This document shows, one piece after another, positions 9,635-18,273 of a stretch of DNA of 64,000 bases. Source of the DNA: a virus (lineage: Duplodnaviria > Caudoviricetes); the IMG/VR virus record IMGVR_UViG_2721755344_000002, positions 32,001 to 96,000 of that record. One strand, written 5' to 3'. Every line of letters starts with the position of its first letter. Position 1 is the stretch's first letter. Both the position numbers and the translations under genes were made by a program. The notes beneath the pieces were generated by a model that saw only the letters and a list, made by a program, of their open reading frames with translations, made no database searches and was not told where the DNA came from.

Positions 9635-9664
9635 ATTATAACACAATTAAAAAGGTTTTGTCAA
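9635..9664 (-). promoter_or_regulatory. sigma70-type promoter for the RAMP-like gene and arrays
   Basis: TTGACA-18-TATAAT with TGn extended -10. Confidence 0.8.
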
Positions 9665-9665
9665 C

Positions 9666-10982
9666 TCAGCCCCACTCCTTTTGAACATTCTGAGTTCTTT
9701 TGGTTGAAAGTTCCGAATATCCCAAATCAACCCCAAACCCGCGCCTGCCTAACTTTTCCGCAACTCTGATTGTAGTACCGGATCCAGCAAACGGGTCTAA
9801 TACCGAACCTGCTATCCAACCTGCATTACATCCGCAGTCCGTTAGCTCGACTAACTTCTTCATATACTGACCCATATTCTTTTCTTTAAATTCTCTCGGG
9901 TCTCGAGGGTCGGGTCTAGGCTTATTAACTTTCGGATCATAATCACCTGAATATTCTGAATCATAAATTTTCTCTCTCGGCTTCCCACATTTCTTACAAA
10001 TAAACTCTGGGACACCAGCCAAAATCATAGGTCGAACAAGATCCTCGGGAAATATTGCGAAATGAGCCTCTCTAACTCCTTTTGTAGGAATCTTCCACAC
10101 ACATCGTTTATTACGACCTAGAGGGTTAAGATTATTAAAAATCCTTTGTCTTACTTTAACACCTCCGCTCACGCCTTCGGAATCATAATCTTTCCATCCC
10201 CTTCCCCCCTCATCATTTCCAGCTCTTGCATCATTGAGCGTAACAGAAGACATTGGCTCAAATTGCTGGTCAAAGAAATAGTCTTTCTTCTTAGCAAAGA
10301 AAAATACAGGCTCCCAGTCGACCGTAAACCTATCTTTTACGCTGTGAGGTAAGGTATTCGGTTTATGCCAAACAATTTTATTCCTAAGTATCCATCCTCT
10401 GTTTAACATCTCGATCACAAATCTTTCCGGAATACCTAACAAAGACTTTGGGGCAAACTTTTGAGAAGGAGGAGCTCCAAATCCGCCTATACCAACAGGA
10501 CGAGAATCAATTCCTCGAGGACCTTTTCTTTGAGTACCAGGTTTCTTTCCCTGATCACCTCCACTCCCTCCGTAACTATCTGATAAATTCACAAAAATTA
10601 TACCATCGTCTCTCAATACTCTTTTCACTTCATCAAATATATCGCACAAGTGCCTGATAAAGTCATCATAATGAGACTCGCATCCTAACTGCCCTTTCCA
10701 TGCGCCACACTTAGTACAATTTGAACGAGAACCATATTCAATTTTTTGTGCTTTAGGTGGCGGTCGATCTCCATACATTGAGTTTTGTGTTCCACCAGCT
10801 CTCATTCGATAATCAAAAGCCAGCTCTTCTGTAACCCAATCGTGGGGGCAATTCGGGGACCCGTCCCAAATCACATCTGGAATATCATACTTTCTGAGAG
10901 CGTAATACGGCGGGGAAGTGATAACGCAATTTATTGACTTATCCGCAAGCGGAATATGCCTTGCATCACAGTTAAATATCAT
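9666..10982 (-). CDS. N4/N6 DNA methyltransferase (beta class) with Cys-rich insertions
   Basis: TSPPY, GWILRNKIVWHKPN, HFAIFPE, LDPFAGSGT; CxxC inserts. Confidence 0.9.
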   Translation of the reverse strand: MIFNCDARHIPLADKSINCVITSPPYYALRKYDIPDVIWDGSPNCPHDWVTEELAFDYRMRAGGTQNSMYGDRPPPKAQKIEYGSRSNCTKCGAWKGQLGCESHYDDFIRHLCDIFDEVKRVLRDDGIIFVNLSDSYGGSGGDQGKKPGTQRKGPRGIDSRPVGIGGFGAPPSQKFAPKSLLGIPERFVIEMLNRGWILRNKIVWHKPNTLPHSVKDRFTVDWEPVFFFAKKKDYFFDQQFEPMSSVTLNDARAGNDEGGRGWKDYDSEGVSGGVKVRQRIFNNLNPLGRNKRCVWKIPTKGVREAHFAIFPEDLVRPMILAGVPEFICKKCGKPREKIYDSEYSGDYDPKVNKPRPDPRDPREFKEKNMGQYMKKLVELTDCGCNAGWIAGSVLDPFAGSGTTIRVAEKLGRRGFGVDLGYSELSTKRTQNVQKEWG

Positions 10983-11006
10983 CCTACGCTTTCTAAATTT
11001 GGTCTT

Positions 11007-11216
11007 TTATTCCACCACTACATTGATTGCTTGTGGACCTTTGGGACCTTCTTGAATCTCGAAATCTACCTTGTCGCCTTCGTTCAGGGATTTAAAACCC
11101 TCCCTCTGAATAGCTGAGAAGTGAACGAATACATCGCTACCATCTTCTCTGGAAATAAATCCGAAACCCTTCTTCTCGTTAAACCACTTAACACTACCTT
11201 TCGTAAATATCACCTC
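11007..11216 (-). CDS. csp: cold-shock domain protein (start codon uncertain)
   Basis: [35 protein letters not shown]. Confidence 0.92.
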   Translation of the reverse strand, partial: EVIFTKGSVKWFNEKKGFGFISREDGSDVFVHFSAIQREGFKSLNEGDKVDFEIQEGPKGPQAINVVVE

Positions 11217-11229
11217 CTTTCTATTTTTA

Positions 11230-11322
11230 TGGGGACAGGCGGGGGACATAACGGACTCAAACCGAGTTCTTGGTATAACTTCACCCCCGAGGAACCTGAA
11301 CCTGCTTTCGCCACTGTCCCCA
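11230..11322 (-). ncRNA. tRNA-like structured element upstream of csp
   Basis: 9-bp terminal stem TGGGGACAG/CTGTCCCCA, GTGGCGAAA D-like start, CGG-TTTGAGT-CCG T-like arm. Confidence 0.4.
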
Positions 11323-11384
11323 CTAATATTTCACCTTCTATCATCGTCACTAAAATTCACTAGAACTCCCTGAATACTTTCTCT

Positions 11385-11981
11385 TCATACTTCGTCCCCC
11401 CAAACTTCCCACTTTTCATCTCTTTTCCTAGCAAAAAGTTCAATTCTTTTTCCTATAGGATATAAATCTTCAATCATCTTCCTAAACTTAGGAGGTTTCT
11501 CGGAATGTTTACCTCTATGTATTGAGACAACACTTGGATATAATTTCCGACGGTCTGGCAGGCAACTTCCTTTAGTAGCTACCAATAAAAACTCGTGACG
11601 CAACGAGTTGTAGTGAGCGAAATTGTGAGTCATCTTATCCCAAACGAACGAACTTTTGTATTTGAACCCCCAAGCATTAATTACCTTAAAAGCATCTTCC
11701 AGTAATGGAGAAGTTACCCAAAGAAATAAAACAGCATTATCTTCTGTTCGTATCTTTAAATTACAAATTTCTTCAAGACTCATCGTTCCATAATGATGCT
11801 CTGCTGCTCCATATCCATCTACTAGTTTATCACCATATTGCCAAGGCGGGTCAGCATAAACCACACGAAATTTATCGCTGGAAAGAGATTTATTTGTTTT
11901 TTCTCTTATATCATCTTGAAAAAATGTATCTTGATTAGGATTCTTAATCCTGCGCTTAGGAAATTTTTTTGATAGTTGCAT
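11385..11981 (-). CDS. MT-A70 family adenine methyltransferase
   Basis: YADPPW, LFLWVT, WGFKY, HEFLLV, HSEKP, IELFAR, WGDE. Confidence 0.92.
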   Translation of the reverse strand: MQLSKKFPKRRIKNPNQDTFFQDDIREKTNKSLSSDKFRVVYADPPWQYGDKLVDGYGAAEHHYGTMSLEEICNLKIRTEDNAVLFLWVTSPLLEDAFKVINAWGFKYKSSFVWDKMTHNFAHYNSLRHEFLLVATKGSCLPDRRKLYPSVVSIHRGKHSEKPPKFRKMIEDLYPIGKRIELFARKRDEKWEVWGDEV

Positions 11982-11982
11982 T

Positions 11983-12795
11983 CTACTCCGAGTTTAATCC
12001 CAAATCGAATGATTCTTTATACCAATCGGGCACACTTGACCTTATCTCTTCTATATTATGTGGTTTTCCCACATTAAACCCTCTTCCCAAAAGCCACCAA
12101 ACCATTTCGGTACTATTAAAATATACCCTACCCGTAGATTTTATTCCACCTTCTGGCTCAATATTACCGGTATCCAATTCCCAATCAGGAATTTTTACTA
12201 TAACTGAAAGTTCGTCTGCAAACTGGGATGTACCTTCCTTACTTTTCAATATACAAAATACTCCTGGTTCTACAACTAGATCATATCCTTTTAATTCAAA
12301 AAATTTGTCATGGAAATCATCTTTATTTTTAACCAATACTCTCACATATAACTTAGAATGTTTCGCCAGATAACCAAGAGTTTTATAAAAATTGTTGCTG
12401 TCGGTAAACAAAAATTCCTTTCGATTATAGGAATTTCCTTTGCGAGCATCAGCCCTTCTCGACTTATTCTTATCATCACTAAAATTTTTTAAATATCTTT
12501 CGTTCGTATTTTCTAATAAAACCTGCGGAGAAATAGAAGTTCTAATTTCTTCCCCATCTTTTCCTCGTCTTACTATAACTACCTCATCGTTTGTGATAGA
12601 CTCAATCGTATAATACCCCGAGTTATCCATGTAAGTTTCGCCTACCCGCAAACCTAAAATCTTAATCTCTGCTAATTTGTATTCTGCAAAGCTGTCAAAA
12701 TCGTCCCTGTCTAGTGCAATATCTTTATCTTCTTCATCATTTAAATTTATTTCTTTTACCTCTTTCACATCTTCTTTTACCTCAACATTTTCCAT
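11983..12795 (-). CDS. hypothetical protein
   Basis: 270-aa ORF with GGAGG RBS and acidic N-terminus. Confidence 0.7.
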   Translation of the reverse strand: MENVEVKEDVKEVKEINLNDEEDKDIALDRDDFDSFAEYKLAEIKILGLRVGETYMDNSGYYTIESITNDEVVIVRRGKDGEEIRTSISPQVLLENTNERYLKNFSDDKNKSRRADARKGNSYNRKEFLFTDSNNFYKTLGYLAKHSKLYVRVLVKNKDDFHDKFFELKGYDLVVEPGVFCILKSKEGTSQFADELSVIVKIPDWELDTGNIEPEGGIKSTGRVYFNSTEMVWWLLGRGFNVGKPHNIEEIRSSVPDWYKESFDLGLNSE

Positions 12796-13205
12796 TTTTT
12801 CTCTCCTCCCGTATCATTATTTTCATAACATCATTCTACATAGATATCTTCTCCACTCTCTATCGCTTCTTTAGCTTGAATCCAACCTTCAACTTGGCAA
12901 CTGTTCTCTTTATAGTTTAGTTTCTTCTCTTCGATCTTCTCATAGAAAATAGCAACTCTTAACGCAGATAATAAATTTTCTCGCAATATTTTCATCATTT
13001 AAAAACTATTGCCTCTTAAACCTAGCCGGTGTGTGTTGGTCATTCCAAATAGTCTGCCCAAAAGCGTAACGTATGGCCTGAGATATAATAACTCTCATAA
13101 ACCAGACTCCCCCTAATGAAGCAATACAAAGAAGAACATACAAAATAGCATCCATTGAACTCTTTTTAGTTTCCATCTCATACTCCTTTCATTTAATTTA
13201 TAATT

Positions 13206-13234
13206 ATCATATCACAAAAAAAGGAGATTGTCAA
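13206..13234 (-). promoter_or_regulatory. sigma70-type promoter
   Basis: TTGACA-17-TATGAT. Confidence 0.75.
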
Positions 13235-13427
13235 GCTATATTTTATAAATAATTCGTATGTAATATCAAATACTTAGCTTGTTGAAAATCAACTTTTGCC
13301 GTAAGGAATTGATTCATTACACCGCCCGCAAATTGGACAGTAACAAGTCCATCCAGCTAAAACTGCACCGCACCTTGAACAATAATCATATCTTGGAATC
13401 ATAGTCAGGGTCTCACTTTCCCTCCTT

Positions 13428-14480
13428 TCACTTAACCATACAAACCACATCTTCCCAATCTATTCTAGGAGCGCCTTTCTTTTCCTGTAATCTTCGGAAA
13501 AAGCTTTTTCTCTCTTTGGTAAATTCAGCACCGTCAAATGCAGTTTGAGGATCATTATTTACTAACATTGCATAATGCCAACATACTATTTTAAAACCAA
13601 CAGACTCACATAAAGAAGCCCACGTATCAGAAAAATTAATTCTAGTCTTATTCCTTATATAATCCTTTGTAACCCAAATTGCATGCCCATCAGGTTTTAA
13701 CAAATTATAGCATTCTTGAATTATCTCACGAGAAGCCAACCAAAAGTCATCGCCAGCTATGCTACCCAAATTATCTTTATTATCTTTATTGTACCCTTCC
13801 CACGTTTTATTTTTACGATCTATTTTTCTTTGCTCTCTATCTGCTTGCTTAGATGAGCAAATTTCCGATGCTCCGTATGGAGGACTCGACATTATCAAAT
13901 CTGCCTTCATATTAGAAAGATTTCCTGGAGTACAACCGTAGGCATTTTGATAACGTAATTGACCGCATCCTATTCTACCATGCCCCGCTTTTGTTGCTAA
14001 TTCTTGACGTCTTGCATGGTTTTCAGGTTTATCACTCCCAGACAAACTATTTGCATAAGGAGGACTCGACATTACCAAATCAGCCTTATCAATCAGCTCC
14101 TTTAACTTTCTTGAATCCCCTTGAATAATTTTTGCTGTTCCTCTATATAGATGGAAAGGACGGCTTTCGCAAAGTTCCTTATCCAGTCCTTCCCACTTTT
14201 TAATATTTTTTCTGCCTAATTCTACAAATTTTTTCTCGATCTCTATTCCTATCCAATGTGCCCCTCTCGTCATAGCACCAAAACCTCCCAATGCTACTCC
14301 TCCAAACGGGTCGAGAACAATGTTGCCCTTCTTCAACCATTCATTATCAACAGCATGATTGTATATCTTCTCAACTAAGGCACAGCTAAACTTTGCTGGA
14401 TGACAAAAAGCATCACTAACTATGGAATCTTTCCATCCGGTTTCGTAACAATTCCTCCATACATCTGTCTCAAATATCAA
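13428..14480 (-). CDS. amino-DNA methyltransferase (paralog of 50978-51904)
   Basis: HPAKF, LDPFGG, GIEIE, two SSPPY motifs. Confidence 0.85.
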   Translation of the reverse strand: MIFETDVWRNCYETGWKDSIVSDAFCHPAKFSCALVEKIYNHAVDNEWLKKGNIVLDPFGGVALGGFGAMTRGAHWIGIEIEKKFVELGRKNIKKWEGLDKELCESRPFHLYRGTAKIIQGDSRKLKELIDKADLVMSSPPYANSLSGSDKPENHARRQELATKAGHGRIGCGQLRYQNAYGCTPGNLSNMKADLIMSSPPYGASEICSSKQADREQRKIDRKNKTWEGYNKDNKDNLGSIAGDDFWLASREIIQECYNLLKPDGHAIWVTKDYIRNKTRINFSDTWASLCESVGFKIVCWHYAMLVNNDPQTAFDGAEFTKERKSFFRRLQEKKGAPRIDWEDVVCMVK

Positions 14481-14623
14481 TATTCTTCACCTTCGCCTTC
14501 TTCTAATGAGTTATAACACTCTTCACAAAGAATGTCGTAATCGTAATCTAATCCCCTAACCCTAGCTTCAAAATCTTCTTCTGGAATTTCTTCCCCGCAT
14601 CTTTCACACAGCATAAATACCTC

Positions 14624-15418
14624 CTATACAAATGTCCTTTGTACTCCGGATGTTAAGTTACCATAATACTTGCACAACTTTATAAACATAGCTACTTTGT
14701 ACGCAAAAGCAGGAGGAACTGCATTGCCTATTAAAATTTCGATGTCACGTTGCCCTAATTTTCCCAAATCGAAATAAAATGGGAAAGTTTGTAAAGATAA
14801 CGCCTCTTCGTGATTCAATACTCTCACCCTATTTCCATCTTGAATATGAGGACATATCCTACCAAATGAGTTATACCTACAAGTTATGGTCGGATATTTG
14901 CGAATAATTCCCTCAGGTCTGAACTCTCTTAACTTCTGCTCTTGTTCTTCGGTCAAATATTTATTTTTAGTCTTTGGAATACTCAATTTAATATTACTGC
15001 AAAATAATCGCCTTCTTCGTTGAAGTAACCCGTAGACACTCATATCAAACACTTCTTTGAACGGAGCACCTACGAAATCACTCACAGCAGGCACATTCTC
15101 CATCACCCAGAACTTCGGACGGATTTCTGACACCGCCCTAAAGAACTCGTTAGTTAATTTGATATCGCAATCTCGACTTAAAGTATTAGCACAAGAAAAG
15201 GTCTGACATGGAGGAGAACCAATCACTACGTCAATCTTGCCTTCCCATTCCTTAAAACTATATCCCCTAATATCTGCTAGTATGCACTTTCCTATGTTTG
15301 AAGTATAAACTTCAACCGCGTTAGGATTGTTATCAAGTCCCCACAAGTGCTCAAACCCCGCTGCTTTAAATCCCAATGAGAATCCGCCACAGCCTGAAAA
15401 CAAGTCTACAAAGTTCAT
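14624..15418 (-). CDS. dcm: C5 cytosine DNA methyltransferase
   Basis: DLFSGCGG, GSPPCQ, ENV, QRRRR, LQTFP, IGNAVPP. Confidence 0.93.
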   Translation of the reverse strand: MNFVDLFSGCGGFSLGFKAAGFEHLWGLDNNPNAVEVYTSNIGKCILADIRGYSFKEWEGKIDVVIGSPPCQTFSCANTLSRDCDIKLTNEFFRAVSEIRPKFWVMENVPAVSDFVGAPFKEVFDMSVYGLLQRRRRLFCSNIKLSIPKTKNKYLTEEQEQKLREFRPEGIIRKYPTITCRYNSFGRICPHIQDGNRVRVLNHEEALSLQTFPFYFDLGKLGQRDIEILIGNAVPPAFAYKVAMFIKLCKYYGNLTSGVQRTFV

Positions 15419-15718
15419 TTTTAAACCTACTGGTTTCCTTTACGGAAATCCCATTTCCTATCTAAAAGACATGCAATACCTTCACTTCCTTTTATAGCCG
15501 TCTTCCAGGTTTCAGTTTTGAAGATATTTTCGTAATTCTTACTACCGATCGCCCTTTTGAAAGCATCTCCTGCAGTATACATCGCTTCCATCTGGACCAC
15601 TTGAGGTCCGAGTTCTGGCATGTTCATGTTGCGAGCGTGACGAATAAGTATCTCAACTCGGGCCAAATCTTCCAGTTGACTTTTGCTAAACTCTTTCATT
15701 TAATCCTCCTTATTTCGT

Positions 15719-17053
15719 CTAAAAAAATGTTTTTTGCAATGGAGCTTTCAACCTTTTTTGAATAATTTTACAGTATCCTTCGTCTTTCTCAATCCCAACA
15801 GCTTTTCTATTAAGTTTCTTTGCTGCTACCAGAGTTGAACCCGAACCTGCAAACGGATCAAGTATTAAACTCAGATTCTTCCTACTTACTAAATTTAGTA
15901 ACCATTTCATCAACTCCACAGGTTTAACTGTTGGATGGAAGTTCTTTCTCTTGCTCTCCGCACCCCTGTTTCTTGGGTTTGTTCCGCCCAGACTTCCTTC
16001 TTCCCTACCTTCATCCATGAACTCTCCATTTTCCTGCTCGAGTCCCAAGTCCCTTTCTTCCTTATCCGCCTTAGCGCAGTAAAAAAACCGTGATGCTGAA
16101 CCTGAACTAGCTTCTCCTATCCATTTAGTTTTACCTGATGGTTTACCCAACGAAAAACCAGTATTAGTGTATTCATAAGACTTTAGCATAGCACCTGATT
16201 GCTGCTCTGGAAATAGCTCTTCAACTTCTTCACTACCGTCGTGGACTAAGTTAGCTGGAAATCTACCCTTAGAATTTTGCTCATAAAGATTTGGAGTCCC
16301 ATCTTGAAACATCCCTAACGCTTTTCCTTCTCGTGAGTCTCCGCTAAAAGTTCTCAACGGACCTCCGTGAGTTAATATATCTTCTGTCTTAACTCTACAC
16401 TCATCAATATTTATAGCTCCTGTTCCATACTTCAAAACATTCTCTGCTACTGTTCCAATTACTAGCTTTCTGAAAACTAGTATAGGCTCCCAGGCAGGCT
16501 TTAACGCTGTTCCCCACCCCTCCCATTCTTTAGCTTCGGAAGTTGCCGGAATTGTAATCTCACTTGACAATCTCTCTTTCATCATTGCTTTTTCACTCTC
16601 GTATCCTCCCCCTCTGATATCTTGCATCGTCTGGGATTTATGTCCTATAACTTCCCTTTCCGCACCTTTCATCTTGTCAATGGCCTTACTCACGTCCAAA
16701 CTCTTGGGGAAGCCCGACCCGTACACCCACATAATAGTATCTCGAAATTCAAACCCAGCATCCTCGATTGCACAGGCTAAACGATGAAACGTTCTTGTTC
16801 CCCCAAAGACTAGTAAATACCCTCCTGGCTTTACTACTCTCAGAGCTTCTACAGCCCATTGATAATGAAATTGATAAGATGGTTGACCTTTCCCACTTTT
16901 ATCCCATTTTTTTGACATGAAACCGAGCAAATACGGAGGATCCGTTACGATCGCATCAAACGAGTTTTCATCAAACCCCTTCATTACTTCGATACAATCC
17001 CCACAGTACAACTTTACTAAATTATCTTCGTAATCAATCAAATATTTTATCAC
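15719..17053 (-). CDS. N6/N4 DNA methyltransferase (beta class)
   Basis: TDPPY, YGSGFPKS, LKPAWEP, HPTVKP, LDPFAGSGST. Confidence 0.92.
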   Translation of the reverse strand: MIKYLIDYEDNLVKLYCGDCIEVMKGFDENSFDAIVTDPPYLLGFMSKKWDKSGKGQPSYQFHYQWAVEALRVVKPGGYLLVFGGTRTFHRLACAIEDAGFEFRDTIMWVYGSGFPKSLDVSKAIDKMKGAEREVIGHKSQTMQDIRGGGYESEKAMMKERLSSEITIPATSEAKEWEGWGTALKPAWEPILVFRKLVIGTVAENVLKYGTGAINIDECRVKTEDILTHGGPLRTFSGDSREGKALGMFQDGTPNLYEQNSKGRFPANLVHDGSEEVEELFPEQQSGAMLKSYEYTNTGFSLGKPSGKTKWIGEASSGSASRFFYCAKADKEERDLGLEQENGEFMDEGREEGSLGGTNPRNRGAESKRKNFHPTVKPVELMKWLLNLVSRKNLSLILDPFAGSGSTLVAAKKLNRKAVGIEKDEGYCKIIQKRLKAPLQKTFF

Positions 17054-17699
17054 CTTCCAGTAACCATTTCTCTAGAAACTCCTGATGAGTCATTTTAAAA
17101 TACTTACCATATTTTGCAATTCTCGTTTTTGGCCGGTACATATCCATAAAGTCAACTACATATCCCCTAAACTTTTTAGATTGAGCAACCGCTAAAGCTT
17201 TAGTAAACACTTCTGGATGGATAACAGCACTACCCATACAAATAAAATCAAACTCTTCTTCATTCATTATGCAACATAGTTTATTAAAATCATTTTTAGT
17301 TTTGTACGCAAACATAACCCATCTATCATCAAACAGTTGCCAGAAATCCCCACCCAGAATAGTAAATAGCATTACTTCTATTCCGTTAGTTTCGCAAATT
17401 CTTGTTACTGAACCTTCGGGAGCTAAAACTCCCGACTTTCCAAAATTATGAAGCACACAATTTTCGTTTATCCACTGCCACAATAATTCAGACGCATCCT
17501 TATTTAAATCTGGATTTATCATTAAAGCGTCAAGAGAATGAGAATGATAGGGAATAAGTTCGGTAGCTAGCTGAAAATCGTGAAAGATCGAACCTCCATT
17601 GTGAATAAGAACATCAAACATTTTCTTTTGAGCAACTTGTTTCAATTCATCAAGCGCGGTTTTAATAACTGCGCCACCTATAGCAAGTATTCTTTTCAT
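17034..17699 (-). CDS. deoxyhypusine-synthase-like (DHS-like fold) protein
   Basis: GGAVIKT, NGGSIFHDFQLA, GSAVIHPEVFTKAL resemble bacterial DHS-like family motifs. Confidence 0.6.
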   Translation of the reverse strand: MKRILAIGGAVIKTALDELKQVAQKKMFDVLIHNGGSIFHDFQLATELIPYHSHSLDALMINPDLNKDASELLWQWINENCVLHNFGKSGVLAPEGSVTRICETNGIEVMLFTILGGDFWQLFDDRWVMFAYKTKNDFNKLCCIMNEEEFDFICMGSAVIHPEVFTKALAVAQSKKFRGYVVDFMDMYRPKTRIAKYGKYFKMTHQEFLEKWLLEGDKIFD

Positions 17700-18118
17700 A
17701 CCTCCTCGCCTGTTTTAATATCTATTTTTCTTAACCGTAGCATTCTTTTAGGTCTTGGTTTAGAAATAGGAAATGCAATTCCAATTTCTTCAGGCATATA
17801 GTAAATATGTTCGGAAGACGATGCAGCTGTAGATGTTACAAAAAATGATCTCATTAACATCTTTTCAAAATGCTTGCATAATCCATTGTGAAGTTCAGCA
17901 TGCTTACATAATTCAGATAATACCATTTGATTATAATCAAATCTAGCAGTCACCATTTCGAGTTCCGAATACTCGGGAGTGTGCCAAAAATATCCAATTC
18001 TCTCACAATCTTCGCAAAAGAATATAATAGACTGAGATTCAAAAGTACGACATGCCCTAAAACCAACCCCATTAGGAAATCGGTATTTCTTTAGCTCGTC
18101 TATTAAGTTCATAGACAT
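17696..18118 (-). CDS. hypothetical protein with C-terminal RMLRL motif
   Basis: 140-aa ORF, CxxC, ends RPKRMLRLRKID. Confidence 0.6.
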   Translation of the reverse strand: MSMNLIDELKKYRFPNGVGFRACRTFESQSIIFFCEDCERIGYFWHTPEYSELEMVTARFDYNQMVLSELCKHAELHNGLCKHFEKMLMRSFFVTSTAASSSEHIYYMPEEIGIAFPISKPRPKRMLRLRKIDIKTGEEV

Positions 18119-18273
18119 ACGTCCTCCTAACTTTTTTCTTCATAGCTTTTTTATCAACAAAGTGAGAACACTTTTTAGGAACATAACATAAAGTGCTTCC
18201 ATCAATCGGGCACCAAATTTCCTTTACCCTGCTATTTAGATAAGTACTAATAATGGGATTCCAATAACACTCT

